Below, piece after piece: positions 1 through 11,891 of a stretch of 24,000 nt of DNA. A model generated the notes under the pieces. The model was not told where the DNA came from. It saw only the letters and a program-made list of their open reading frames with translations, and made no database searches. Numbering within the stretch: position 1 is the first letter of the stretch; each line of letters begins with the position of its first letter. The stretch is taken from the NCBI RefSeq assembly GCF_024722375.1, contig NZ_CP102734.1, positions 295,346 through 319,345 on the forward strand, read 5' to 3'. The stretch comes from Mycoplasma iguanae. Lineage in GTDB: Bacteria > Bacillota_I > Bacilli_A > Mycoplasmatales > Metamycoplasmataceae. Made by a program: the position numbers and the translations under genes.

Positions 1-13
1 AGATTCTAAAAAG

Positions 14-868
14 TTATTTTTTATATTTATGTTTTCTATAACTTGTATATTTCTTATTTAAATGAAAAATAGCTGGAAGAATTGTTGACAAAGCAATTGT
101 ATAAATCGGGATTATAATAATAGATTTTAAAATTGCTGGAATTAAATAATAAACATAATATGCTTGAACAGTTCTTTGCGAACCTCTAGTAATAAATCGG
201 TTGTAGTAAACAATAAAAGCATATGGATTTCAAAGTCATCTAACTACAATCATTATTAAAACGATGATACTAAAAATATAAATAAGATTTAATAAATATT
301 GTTTTTTGTATTTATTAAATAAAAGAAAATTAACTAATATAAAAATAAAAGAAAAAATAAAAAAACTTGTAGCAATTATATAAATAGTTCAAATAGAAAT
401 TTCTTCCCTTTTTTCTACTCTATTAACCAGACTTGGATTTGAAGCAAAAGGGATAAAAAAGCTGTAAAAAATTATTACTGTAATAAAAAGAGTGATATGT
501 GGTAAAAAGATTTTAAATTTATGTTTTGAAAGATAAATTTTAAAAAATATCCAAGCAACCAGAGTAATGAATGGAGGAACAATTGCATATTCAATCATTC
601 AAAAACCAATTCTTCCAAAAATCAGAAGCGAAAAAGTATCCGATATCAACGATAAAAATACACCTTTAAAAGGTCCTAAAACTATTCCAAATAATATGTA
701 AAAACCAATTTCAAAACTTAAAGCTCATCTTCCGGTAATTGTTGTTTTAGAAATAAATTCAATAATTAAAAATAATGCTAAAAATATTCCTGCAATAGCA
801 ACGTCAAAAATTGAAAAACGCAAATGTTTTACAAGATAATTATTTCATTTTTGTTTAATTGTTATCAT
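14..868 (-). CDS. Multi-pass integral membrane protein, possibly an ECF-transporter S component (function tentative)
   Basis: The minus-strand ATG is at 868, with GGAGG (complement of 876-880) 7 nt upstream. The frame stays open to TAA (complement of 14-16) once in-frame TGA codons are read as Trp. Track ORF 389..598 is the middle piece. The 284-aa product is hydrophobic throughout (FDVAIAGIFLALFLIIEFI, GFYILFGIVLGPF, IVPPFITLVAWIFF). The S-component resemblance is by eye only. Confidence 0.6.
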
Positions 869-955
869 TATAAGTCCTCCTTTCAAATTATTATAGATTA
901 AATAATTAAAAATAAAAAATATTTTAATTTAGAAAATTCTATTATTTAAGTAAAT

Positions 956-1006
956 AAAATACAAGCAATTTAAAAATAATTTCTATTTCTAAATTGCTTG
1001 TATTTT
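956..1006. repeat. Perfect 17-bp inverted repeat with a 17-nt loop (terminator-like hairpin or operator) in the divergent intergenic region
   Basis: AAAATACAAGCAATTTA (956-972) is the exact reverse complement of TAAATTGCTTGTATTTT (990-1006). T-rich sequence follows the stem on both strands. No upstream gene reads into it from either side. Confidence 0.6.
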
Positions 1007-1038
1007 TAAGTAATTTAATCATGATATAACTAAAAATA

Positions 1039-1047
1039 TGGTAAAAT
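1039..1047 (+). promoter_or_regulatory. Candidate extended -10 element (TGgTAAAAT) upstream of rpoD
   Basis: TG-n-TAAAAT is read directly at 1039-1047. It would give rpoD a leader of about 150 nt. This is a sequence match only and no clear -35 is present. Confidence 0.3.
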
Positions 1048-1206
1048 TTGAAATCTATATTATTAATTTTTTTATTTATAAATTAATTTAAAAGTTGGAT
1101 TTAAATTAGCTTCAAAAGTGATAAGATCAAAATTTTCTTTTACTATTAAAAAATAGCGTTAATTTAAATACAGTCTTAGAAGTTTTTTTAGAAAGGAACA
1201 AAATAC

Positions 1207-2598
1207 ATGTCTAAAGAAACAAAACAAAAAAAAATAATTGATAACCAAAAAGACACAAAAACAACTAAATCTAAAAAACCTAAAAAAGAAATTTCTTTAG
1301 AAGTTATTGATGCAACTTATCCTTCAAAATTTCATACGCTGATTGAAGTTTTAAAAAAAGAAATATCTAAAAAATCTAAAACTAAAGGATCAAAAGCTTT
1401 TTTAACACAAGAAGAAGTTTATAGTTTTATCAACAAGAAAAAATATTTTGTAGATGAAAGTGAAGCGGATGAACTTTTTATTGAATTATTAAATCAAAAT
1501 ATTATCTTAAATGCAGCAGATACAGGTGATGAAGATGAAGCTAGTTTAAAAGATTTAGAAGGCTTAGATGATGTGTTGGAAGATGATGAAGAACTAGATA
1601 TCGATTCCTTTCATAATGATGAACTACAATTAAAAGATTATGACGATGATGATTCTTTAGGTTATGGTGAAATCAAAGAAAATAAACACCACAATGCACA
1701 GTTAAAAAATAAACTTACCGAAACTAATGATATCGTTAAATGATATATGCGTTGAATTGGTAAGTATGGAAAATTACTTACTCCAGAAGAAGAAAGACAA
1801 CTTGCAATTCAAATGCAAGAGCCAGGACGTAAAGGTCGCAAAGCACGAGATACATTAATTAAAAGAAATTTACGACTTGTAATTAATAACGCTAAAAAAT
1901 ATAAAAATCGTGGTCTTCCTTTTATAGATTTAATTTCTGAAGGGAATGCAGGTATTTTGAAAGCTGTTTCAAAATATGAATATGATCGAGGTTTCAAATT
2001 TTCTACTTATGCAACTTGATGAATTCGCCAAGCTATCACAAGGGCTGTAGCTGATCAAGCTAGAACCATTCGTGTTCCTGTTCATATGGTTGAAACTATT
2101 AATAAAATTGTAAAAATCGAAAGAGAATTACAACAAGAATTAGGGCATGCACCCACTGATGAACAAATTGCTGAAAGATATTCGCCTGATTTCACTGTTG
2201 AAAAAGTACAACAAATTAGAAAAATAAATGTAGATCCCATTTCCCTTGACAAAACCATCGGTAAAGAACAAGATTCATCATTTTCAGATTTTATTAAAGA
2301 TGAGGTAGTTATCTCACCTGTGGATTATGCAGCAAGTGAAGAATTATCAAAAATTCTAAATGATGTTTTGCAAAATCATTTAGAAGATCATGAAAGAATT
2401 TTAATCATGAAACGTTATGGAATTGGCGAGGATGAAAACGGAGTCCGTTATAGAGTACACTCTTTAGAAGAATTAGGACGTGAAAAAGGTGTCACAAAAG
2501 AAAGAATTCGTCAAATTGAAGCTAAAATTTTAAAAAAATTAAAACATCCACAAAAGAAAAGAAAATTGAAAGATTTTGTCCAAAATGAATATTATTAA
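1207..2598 (+). CDS. rpoD: RNA polymerase sigma factor RpoD/SigA (sigma-70 family)
   Basis: ATG 1207 follows AAAGGA (1192-1197). Track ORFs 1207..1743, 1813..2019 and 2086..2598 share one frame and are joined by TGA=Trp. The junction includes the conserved region 2.3/2.4 string [27 protein letters not shown], where both W are TGA. Region 2 ([29 protein letters not shown]) and the region 4 HTH ([26 protein letters not shown]) are present. The N-terminus is Lys-rich and then strongly acidic. Product is 463 aa. Confidence 0.95.
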
Positions 2599-3352
2599 TT
2601 TTCTAAATAAGAAATATCCCCTAGAAAATGCTGAAAAGTGAGATCCAGTGGGATTTTCTTTTCATTTTCATGATAATTTTAAAAAAATTTTAGTTTGTTT
2701 AGATGTAACAGAAGATGTTTTAAAATTTGCACAAGATAATAAAGTTGACACCATCATTTCTCATCATCCCTTCCTCTTTTATGAAACCTTAAAAGAAGAA
2801 TATGCAAAAGCCCCTTACAAGCGAAAAATGGTTAAAAAAATTAAAGAATCAAAAATAAATATTTTTGCTATTCATACTAATTTTGACTCTGCAAAAGATG
2901 GAACAGCAAAACAAATTATTAAAAACTTAAAAATAAAACCTGAAAAAATAATACAATTAGATAATTATAATTTAATGATTGAAACAAAAATAACCTTAGA
3001 TAAATTGATATTAAAATTAGAAAAAAATAATTTAAAAAATTTGGCTTCAAACTTTGATTTAGAAAAAGATTTAAATCAAGAAATAAAAAAGATAGCAATT
3101 TTACCAGGAAGCGGGGGAATTGAAGCGGTTATTAATGCTAAAAAATTTAAAGCAAATTTAATTATTACTTCAGATTTAAAATGAAGCGATTGATTAGTTA
3201 TAAAATCATTTAATAAAAAAGTAATTGTATTGGAAGTTGCTCACTTAATTGAAAGTGCCTTTATAAATAGAATTAGTGAAATATTAAAAAAACAAAATGA
3301 CAAATTAGAAGTTTTTAATTTTTTTGAAAATGAAATAAAAATTAACTTTTAA
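2585..3352 (+). CDS. Nif3-like dinuclear metal centre protein (YqfO/GTP cyclohydrolase 1 type 2 homologue family)
   Basis: ATG 2585 overlaps the rpoD 3' end by 14 nt. The N-terminus [24 protein letters not shown] (W = TGA) matches the family's AExWDxVG start. The ISHHPFLF motif is present. Track ORF 2648..3184 continues through two TGA codons to TAA 3350-3352 (..VLEVAHLIES..). Product is 255 aa. Confidence 0.8.
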
Positions 3353-3367
3353 TAAAAAAGAGGGAAA

Positions 3368-4195
3368 ATGATTAAATTGGGAAGTCATGTTTCTTTTAAA
3401 AAACCTGGATATTTACATGCTGCAATTACTGAATCGATTGCTAATGGTGCCAACTGTGCCATGATTTACATGGGAGCTCCACAAAGCACAATGCGCGCAA
3501 ATGTGCAAAATTATCAATTATTTGAGTATTTAAGAGATTTTAAAGATATTATTAAACCCGAAGACATAATAGTTCATGCACCATATATTACAAATGCAGC
3601 AAGTGAAGAAAAATTTCAGTTTGCTAATAATTTTTTAATTCAAGAAATTGAAAGAATGAACTATATTGGAGCTAAATATTTAGTACTTCATCCGGGAGCT
3701 TATACTAAGTTTACTAAGCAAAGTGCTTTAAATCAACTGATTAAAAGTATTGATTATATTTTAGAAAATACTAAAGATGTAGAAATTATTTTAGAAACAA
3801 TGGCTGGAAAAGGCACAGAAATCGGTACCACTTATGAAGATTTAATTTATGTTTTGGATAATGTTAAATCCAACAGAAAAGGTATTTGTTTAGATACTTG
3901 TCACGTTTGAGATGCAGGTTATAATTTGCACAATTATGATCAATTTATAGAAGATTTAAAAGATAAAAGAGTGTTAGAGTATTTAAAAGTAATTCACTTA
4001 AATGATTCAAAAAATGCTCTTTTTAGTAAAAAAGATCGTCACGAAAATATTGGTAAAGGATATATTGGAGTTGATATTTTAAAAAGGATTGTACATGATC
4101 CTTTATTTGATAATATACCTATAATTTTGGAAACACCATGGGTAGATAACAAACCTATTTATAAAGAAGAAATTAAATTACTTTTAGATAAATAA
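3368..4195 (+). CDS. nfo: Deoxyribonuclease IV (endonuclease IV, AP endonuclease family 2)
   Basis: ATG 3368 follows AGAGGGA. Track ORFs 3368..3910 and 3926..4195 are in one frame, joined at TGA 3908. This gives [15 protein letters not shown], the Endo IV DTCH..AGY metal-site motif. YLVLHPGAY and [13 protein letters not shown] are also present. Product is 275 aa. Confidence 0.9.
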
Positions 4196-4227
4196 AAAAA
4201 GAATGAAAACGTTTTTTCATTCTTTTT

Positions 4228-4230
<3 letters not shown>
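4196..4230. terminator. Bidirectional rho-independent terminator between convergent nfo and metG
   Basis: The stem AAAAAGAATGAAAA (4196-4209) pairs with TTTTCATTCTTTTT (4214-4227) around a 4-nt loop. It has an A-run on the left and a T-run on the right, so it reads as hairpin plus U-tract on both strands. Confidence 0.75.
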
Positions 4231-6538
<2,308 letters not shown>

Positions 6539-6603
6539 AGTAAAGCCGCCTCTCAGTATAAATCATTTATATTTTAATATAAGGGTAATTTAATCAAATG
6601 ATT

Positions 6604-7339
6604 TTATTCACCTTTATTTAATCTCTTTCGTATTTTCTTTCAATTAATTTCATATTTTTCAACTATTTCTCAAAATTTTTTAGAGTGATTAGCTTCAAAA
6701 TAGTGCGCTAGTTCATGGGCAACTACATACTTAATTTTTTCCAAATCATGATGTACTAGCTTGAAATTATAATAAATATTTTTTTTATTAACATGATTTG
6801 TTGCTCAACTATTTTTTTTCTTACGAATGTTAATTTTATGTTCTGGAACTTTCATAATTTTTTGGTAAGTATCGTGAAAAATTTGCAGTTTGTTTTTTAG
6901 TTGCCCAGCTAAAAAAATATTAATTTTATCTGTAATATATTCTTTTTCTAATTTTTTAATCAAAATTTTATACTCAATTATTTCCTTATCTCTATAAATA
7001 CCTAAGAATGTTTTATCATTTAAAACAATTATTTTATATTTATATTTTTGGCCAAACAAATAAAAAAATGATTATTTAAATCAATCATTTCTTCTATTTG
7101 TTCTTGTTTTTGTAAAATAGCAACAAATTTTTCAATATGGATATTACAAAATTTTTCTAAATCTTTTGAGTAGCATAAGTACCAACTCTTAAATATATTT
7201 GTTTATTTTTAATTTTTAAACTTGTAGTTTTGTTTTTTGTATAAATAAATTGAATGGAATATTCTTTATGATTATCATTTTCATTAAAGTAAGTAATTTT
7301 TGAAATTTTGTTGTTAACTTTAGTTATAAAATAATTCAA
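6604..7339 (-). pseudogene. DUF45/YgjP-type (M48-like) zinc metallopeptidase, disrupted by two single-base frameshifts
   Basis: Three consecutive minus-strand frames together give a complete DUF45 architecture. The pieces are ..YSIQFIYTKNKTTSLKIKNKQIYLRVGTYATQK, then DLEKFCNIHIEKFVAILQKQEQIEEMIDLNNHFF, then YLFGQKYKYKIIVL...NSWATNHVNKKNIYYNFKLVHHDLEKIKYVVAHELAHYFEANHSKKFWEIV. The last piece carries the HExxH...H..FW motif. The breaks lie at the run CAAAAG (about 7160-7166, TAG at 7157-7159) and at the A7/T7 run 7062-7068. One extra base in each run restores a single 245-codon frame. The only possible start is TTG 7339. Confidence 0.7.
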
Positions 7340-7988
7340 ATTTTTGTTGATCCTTTTTATTTTTTGTTTGAGCAGCTAAAATTTTTAATTGCAATTTTTT
7401 CATATCTTGTTTTGACATTGTAATTTTCAAATTTTTATAAACTTCTCACATTGTGTCAGAAATTTCTGATTCTTTAATTAATAAAACATGTTCAGGCACA
7501 TGACTTACCCGTAATGCTTTGATTCGATCAGCATAAATGATCATGGATAAAATAGGAATACCTCTTTTATTAATAACATTTAAAATATGATCAATGTGTT
7601 TTTCGTTTTGTATAATAGGATTGTTTATTTCAAATTCTTTATCATGAATTTTTTTTATTAATTTTGGTTGATTTCCAATTCCTAAAAGAGTACCACTCAT
7701 TGATTTCATTTCAACTACAATTACTGCACGAGAAGTAATTAAGATTCCATCAATTTCAAACAAAATATTTTTATTAATTTTGTAAAGTGAGCCATCAATT
7801 CAAATAGAATTGTTAACTTGTGCTCACTTTTCTAATTTTTGGCTAATTTCTACCTCAGCTAATTTCCCAATTTTATATATTTCAGACTTTTGACTGCCAA
7901 AGTGAACATTTAAATAAATAAAAGTAGTAAGTAAAAATAAGAAAACTAACAGGCCTAAAATGGTAAAAATGATATAAAACACCTCCAT
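7320..7988 (-). pseudogene. Membrane-anchored NERD (nuclease-related domain) protein, disrupted by two compensating single-base frameshifts
   Basis: ATG 7988 follows GGAGG (complement of 7996-8000). It encodes a TM helix, MEVFYIIFTILGLLVFLFLLTT, then hits TAA (7911-7913). The next frame reads FIYLNVHFGSQKSEIYKIGKL. The original frame resumes after TAA (7860-7862) as AEVEISQKLEKWAQVNNSIWIDGSLYKINKNILFEIDGILITSRAVIVVEMKSMSG..., which has the NERD-like pattern G..aE......L ... iD.ivi....v.viE.K. It runs to TAA (7320-7322). Track ORF 7446..7763 is the core piece. The net indel is zero, giving 222 codons if repaired. Confidence 0.65.
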
Positions 7989-8032
7989 TTAAAAGCCTCC
8001 ATATATTTTTTATGTTTTTTTATTTTTTTTAG

Positions 8033-8038
8033 TATAAT
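8033..8038 (+). promoter_or_regulatory. Candidate -10 box (TATAAT) for rpsT
   Basis: An exact TATAAT lies in the divergent intergenic region, 84 nt upstream of the rpsT ATG. This is a sequence match only. Confidence 0.35.
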
Positions 8039-8121
8039 AAAAAGCACTAATCAGTTTACGAGTTTATTTATTTTAAAATAATAATATATTATATAAAAAA
8101 TTACTGAAGGAGAAAAAATAA

Positions 8122-8385
8122 ATGGCTAATATTAAATCAAAAATAAAAAGAATTAAAACAAACGAAAAATCAAGAGTACGTAATGCTGCTATCAAATCAA
8201 GAGTACGTAAAGCTATCAAAAATGTAAAAATTGCTGTTAAAGAAAAATCAGAACAAGTAGAAGCATTAATGTCTAAAGCTCACAAAGAAATTAACAATGC
8301 TGCTTCAAAAGGGGTATTACATAAAAATAATGCTTCAAGAAAAACAGCAAGACTAGCTGATTTTGTTAATCAACATACTGAATAA
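8122..8385 (+). CDS. rpsT: 30S ribosomal protein S20
   Basis: ATG 8122 follows GAAGGAG (8107-8113). The 87-aa basic protein starts MANIKSKIKRIKTNEKSRVRNAAIKSRVR and ends ..HKNNASRKTARL.., typical of S20. Confidence 0.95.
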   Translation: MANIKSKIKRIKTNEKSRVRNAAIKSRVRKAIKNVKIAVKEKSEQVEALMSKAHKEINNAASKGVLHKNNASRKTARLADFVNQHTE

Positions 8386-8442
8386 TTTTTTATAAATAAT
8401 ATATTAAGTTTCATAAGTTTTTTTGAATAATCTACCTATAAT

Positions 8443-8488
8443 AAAAAACCTTTATAACTCAATTGTTATAATGGTTTTTTATTTTTTT
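8443..8488 (+). terminator. Rho-independent terminator after rpsT
   Basis: The stem AAAACCTTTATAAC (8445-8458) pairs with GTTATAATGGTTTT (8465-8478). It has one mismatch and a 6-nt loop, followed by a T-run. Confidence 0.65.
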
Positions 8489-8560
8489 AATGAATATTTC
8501 TATCAAAGTAATATAATTTTAGTCAAATTTAAAAATCATTAAATTTGGATAGGTGGATTC

Positions 8561-10886
8561 ATGAAATTAAAAAATAAGATTTTACTTTCATTAACAGCAG
8601 TTGGAGTTTTATCATCTGCTGCTTTTACTAGTATTCTTGTAAATCATTTTAAAAACTATAACGGATCAAATGATGGATATTTGATTTATGATCCAAGTGC
8701 TATTACCAAAGAATTAAAAAATGAAGAATTAGAACCATTGCCAGCTCCGGCAGCTACTCCAGAAACTAATTCAGAAGTTAAACAGCAAAATCCTGTTATT
8801 TTACAACCTAAGCCACAACCTCAACCTGTAAGCCCAGAACCAGCCCCTGCTCCAAAACCTGCTCCTCAACCCAGACCAGTTTTTGTGCAACCTCAACAAC
8901 CAACAACTCCAGAGAGTGCTCCTATTCCAGAAAGACGAATCGAAAGTAAAAGACCGGTTATTTTAGGAACAATTAGACCTTCTCAAGATTCTGATCTAGA
9001 TAGAGAATTAAGCAGAAAAATTCTATTAGATAGTGATTTAGGAGAAATTGAAGAAGTAAATTCACTAGAATTTGAAGCTGGAGCAGATGAAAAAATTCCA
9101 GCAAATGAGAGAATTTTTGGTGGTAAGGGAACCCACAGAGAAGCTCAAGGAACATTTAAAGATAGAAATCCAGATGGAACTGAATTTTGAGCTGATATTA
9201 AGAAAAGCTAAATATTTAAACAATTCATACGGTAAAGGTGGTCAAAATTATCCAGAAAGTTTGACTGATATTTTTTACAGCAAAAAACCTTTTAAAAAAC
9301 TTGCACCTGGTACAAAAATGAAATCAAAAGATTTTAAAAATGTTGATGTCAATTCCGTTGTTTTTACAGGTGAAGATTTTTTAATTTTAGATGATGATGA
9401 TTTTAATCAATTTGTTGAAGAAATGAACTACCATATTAATTGACACAACAAATTTAAATTAAATAGTTCACCACAACAAGCTAGAATACCATTACAACCT
9501 TATACAAAGAGTCAGATAACAGAAGAAATTAAATCATATTTACGTAAAGGTTATTGACCCGCTGGAGTTAGCCCTATAGCCGATCCTTCAACAGCAAATG
9601 ATAATAATCCTCCTGCTGTTCCTGCTTATGTTTCTGTTTGAGGTAAAAGACCAGCTTTTGTTAACAACACAACATATGGAATGATTTCAAAACAACTAGA
9701 TAAATATATTCCAAGTAGTAACATTGCAAGAACAAAAACTCAAATTGAAAATTTAGATTACAATGATCGTTCTGGTTCAACCAAATATGCTTGAACTAAA
9801 ACAACTAAACCAGTTGACGGTTTTGATAATGTTGAATTAAATACTTATTCACCTTCTAAAGAAATCGAAAATGTTAAAGATAGCTTTGAAAGATATATTA
9901 TTGATATCAAAAATATCAGTAATGGAGTTGATGTTAATGCTGTAATTGATAAAGTTAAAAAAGAAGTTAAACATGGTAACATCGGTTTTGGAATTGCTCT
10001 AAGAGATATAAATGACAGAAACATGGATAAGGCTAAAGAAATTATTAAAAGCCTGCCAAGAGATGTTAAATATCTGATAACTTTCTATAATTCAAATAAA
10101 CCAGACGCATTAGAAGCGCTAATGGATAATCCTAATTTTTCAGTAGATAATCGTTTATTTGAACTAGAAATTGTTATTAATCCACCACTTAATAGAGAAG
10201 GTCAAGAATTACTTGGTGATCCTAGTCTATTAAGAGAAATTGATCCTCGTTTATTTTTAAGAGTTGCACCTGCAGCTTTTAACTATAAATCTCAAGCTGT
10301 TTTTGAACGTTGAAAAATTAGAGATGTTGCTGCTTCTAAATCAATGAATGAAGCAACATTGGAAAATATTATTAAATATGTTTATGTGAAAGAAAAAGAT
10401 AGAAGAGAATTTCAAGGACCACATGGAGAAGGTGGTTATATCCATGAATTAGATTTAAGTGCAACAAGTTTTAAAACTATTAATAATATTGAAATTCCCA
10501 AAGTTCAAACTGATAGACAATTAAATTTTTCTCTTGTGATTTTCCCTGAAGTTCAAAACAAAAAGTTAGAATTAGATTTATCTAATTTAAGAATTGATAA
10601 TACTGATAAAATTATTCAAAATGGACAAACTAGATATGGAAAAGATGCTACTAAGCAGCCTGAAACTTTAGAAGTTCAAAATATTTCATCTCGAGGAGTA
10701 GCTGCTGACATAGCTACTTTAGGTAATATCATGGGTTATTCATGATCTATTAATGAATTAGATCTGTCTAAAACTAATATTACTATAGAACAAGCTAAAA
10801 GTATTTCTGGTGGAGCTAGAGGTTCTAAATTTACTGTTAAAGTTAAAACAGGTGAAACATTTGAATGAACTCCTCCTCCTAGATAG
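8561..10886 (+). pseudogene. Membrane-anchored proline-rich surface protein (hypothetical), split by a single-base frameshift near 9203-9206
   Basis: ATG 8561 follows AGGTGGA. The N-terminal anchor or signal is MKLKNKILLSLTAVGVLSSAAFTSILV, with no lipobox Cys, followed by a Pro/Gln-rich linker (PKPQPQPVSPEPAPAPKPAPQPRPVFVQPQQP). This frame ends ..PDGTEFWADIKKS-TAA (9209-9211). The +1 frame continues from 9204 as KAKYLNNSYGKGGQNYPESL... and is open through track ORFs 9072..9443, 10023..10313 and 10344..10745 (TGA=Trp) to TAG 10884-10886. Removing one A from GAAAAG (A4 at 9203-9206) gives one 774-codon ORF. Confidence 0.7.
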
Positions 10887-10900
10887 AAACTAAAATAATA

Positions 10901-10935
10901 AAAAAAATTGCAGCTAATAAAACTGCAATTTTTTT
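10901..10935. terminator. Bidirectional rho-independent terminator between the surface-protein gene and nusG
   Basis: The stem AAAAATTGCAG (10903-10913) pairs with CTGCAATTTTT (10923-10933) around a 9-nt loop, flanked by A- and T-runs. Confidence 0.75.
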
Positions 10936-11515
10936 ATTTTACTTTTAAAACAGTGTGATCCAATTGTGTTGGAGTTTTTTTTCCAAAAATTTCTAACTCT
11001 ACAACAGCAATACGATTGTCATCATCACTTTCTATAACCATTCCACTTTCACCTAAAAATGGACCATCAGTAATTTCAACAAAAACACCTTGAAAAAATT
11101 CGGACTTTGAAGCTGATACTTCAAAGTCTTTTGCTAAGCGTACTTCATTTTCTAACATTTTTTTAAACTTAGCATCAGAAATAGGAGTTGGTTTAGTTCC
11201 TTTTCCTGAAGAACCGATTAAACCTGTAACATATTGAGTATTACGTACTAAAAATCATGTTTCATCAGTCATTTGCATTCTTATAAAAATATAACCCTTA
11301 TAAATGTTATTCATTTTTACTGTGTATTTCTCACCTGCACGTTTTTTTTCTAAATCGCGTGGACTTAAGTGTGGTGCTTTGAAGATATAAACTTCTTCAT
11401 ACATCTCAGCAATTTCTGGTTGAGATTTTATTTTTGTTTCTAAAGCTTCCTTAACTTTATCTTCTTTTCCTGAAACTGTTGAAACCATATATCAATTAAA
11501 TAATTTATTATTCAT
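10934..11515 (-). CDS. nusG: Transcription termination/antitermination factor NusG
   Basis: ATG 11515 follows AAGGAG (complement of 11524-11529). Track ORFs 11255..11488 and 10934..11158 are in one frame, joined by TGA=Trp. The NGN start is WYMVSTVSGKEDKV and the KOW motif is GVFVEITDGPFLGESGMVIE...ELEIFGKKTPTQL. Product is 193 aa. Confidence 0.93.
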
Positions 11516-11532
11516 TTTTTAACTCCTTAGAA

Positions 11533-11736
11533 CTATTCTAAACCTACACCTAAACTTGTTCATAATATTGAAGCAACTAAAGTTATCACAAAAAAAATAC
11601 CCATAAAAATTAGAACAAAAACAATGATTTTTCAAAATGAACTTGATGAAGTTTTAGCAGAAGGTCAACGCACTCTTTTAAGTTCTAAAATAAAATTACG
11701 TAAAACATATTTTTTTTCTTTTGTTTTTTTAGTCAT
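11533..11736 (-). CDS. secE: Preprotein translocase subunit SecE
   Basis: The 67-aa product is MTKKTKEKKYVLRNFILELKRVRWPSAKTSSSSFWKIIVFVLIFMGIFFVITLVASILW... It carries the SecE signature E.k.V.WPs followed by a single TM helix. Its position between rpmG and nusG is the conserved gene order. It was missed by the track because it is under 60 aa between TGAs. Confidence 0.85.
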
Positions 11737-11879
11737 TATTTTTCTTCCTTGTGTATTTGATTAATTTTACATTTTTTACAGTATTTAGAAATTATTAATC
11801 TTGCTGTATTGGACTTGTTTTTTTGATAATTTTTAGTCCTACAAATTTCGCATGCTAAAGATATCTTTTTTTGAGACAT
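11736..11879 (-). CDS. rpmG: 50S ribosomal protein L33
   Basis: The 47-aa product is MSQKKISLACEICRTKNYQKNKSNTARLIISKYCKKCKINQIHKEEK, with the two CxxC zinc-ribbon pairs typical of L33. Its TAA overlaps the secE ATG (TAATG). Confidence 0.88.
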   Translation of the reverse strand: MSQKKISLACEICRTKNYQKNKSNTARLIISKYCKKCKINQIHKEEK

Positions 11880-11885
11880 AGCACA

Positions 11886-11891
11886 ATTATA
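11886..11891 (-). promoter_or_regulatory. Candidate -10 box (TATAAT on the minus strand) ending 6 nt before the rpmG ATG, possibly giving a leaderless transcript
   Basis: The minus strand reads ..TTAGTTATAATTGTGCTATG. No Shine-Dalgarno-like purine run lies between the box and the ATG. Confidence 0.3.

Noticed and set aside
1809-1997. Track ORF (62 aa) on the minus strand inside rpoD
   Set aside because: It lies antisense to the conserved sigma-70 region 2 coding sequence. It has no RBS and a low-complexity product, so it is an artefact of an AT-rich antisense frame.
8524-8547. 9-bp AT-only inverted repeat (CAAATTTAA / TTAAATTTG) in the leader of the surface-protein gene
   Set aside because: The all-A/T stem is weak and likely fortuitous.
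8740-8935. Possible tandem DNA repeat in the proline-rich segment
   Set aside because: The repetition is at the amino-acid and compositional level (PxP, PQ). I could not find exact nucleotide repeat units, so it is not called as a repeat feature.
8973-9155. Track ORF (60 aa) antisense to the surface-protein gene
   Set aside because: It is antisense within a well-supported coding frame and has no start context.
9072-9443. ATG 9072 as an independent start for the distal half of the surface protein
   Set aside because: Its first 44 or so codons (MKLEQMKKFQQMREF...) overlap the clearly protein-like upstream frame and look like out-of-frame noise. It has no RBS and no export signal. The real frame change is best placed at 9203-9206.
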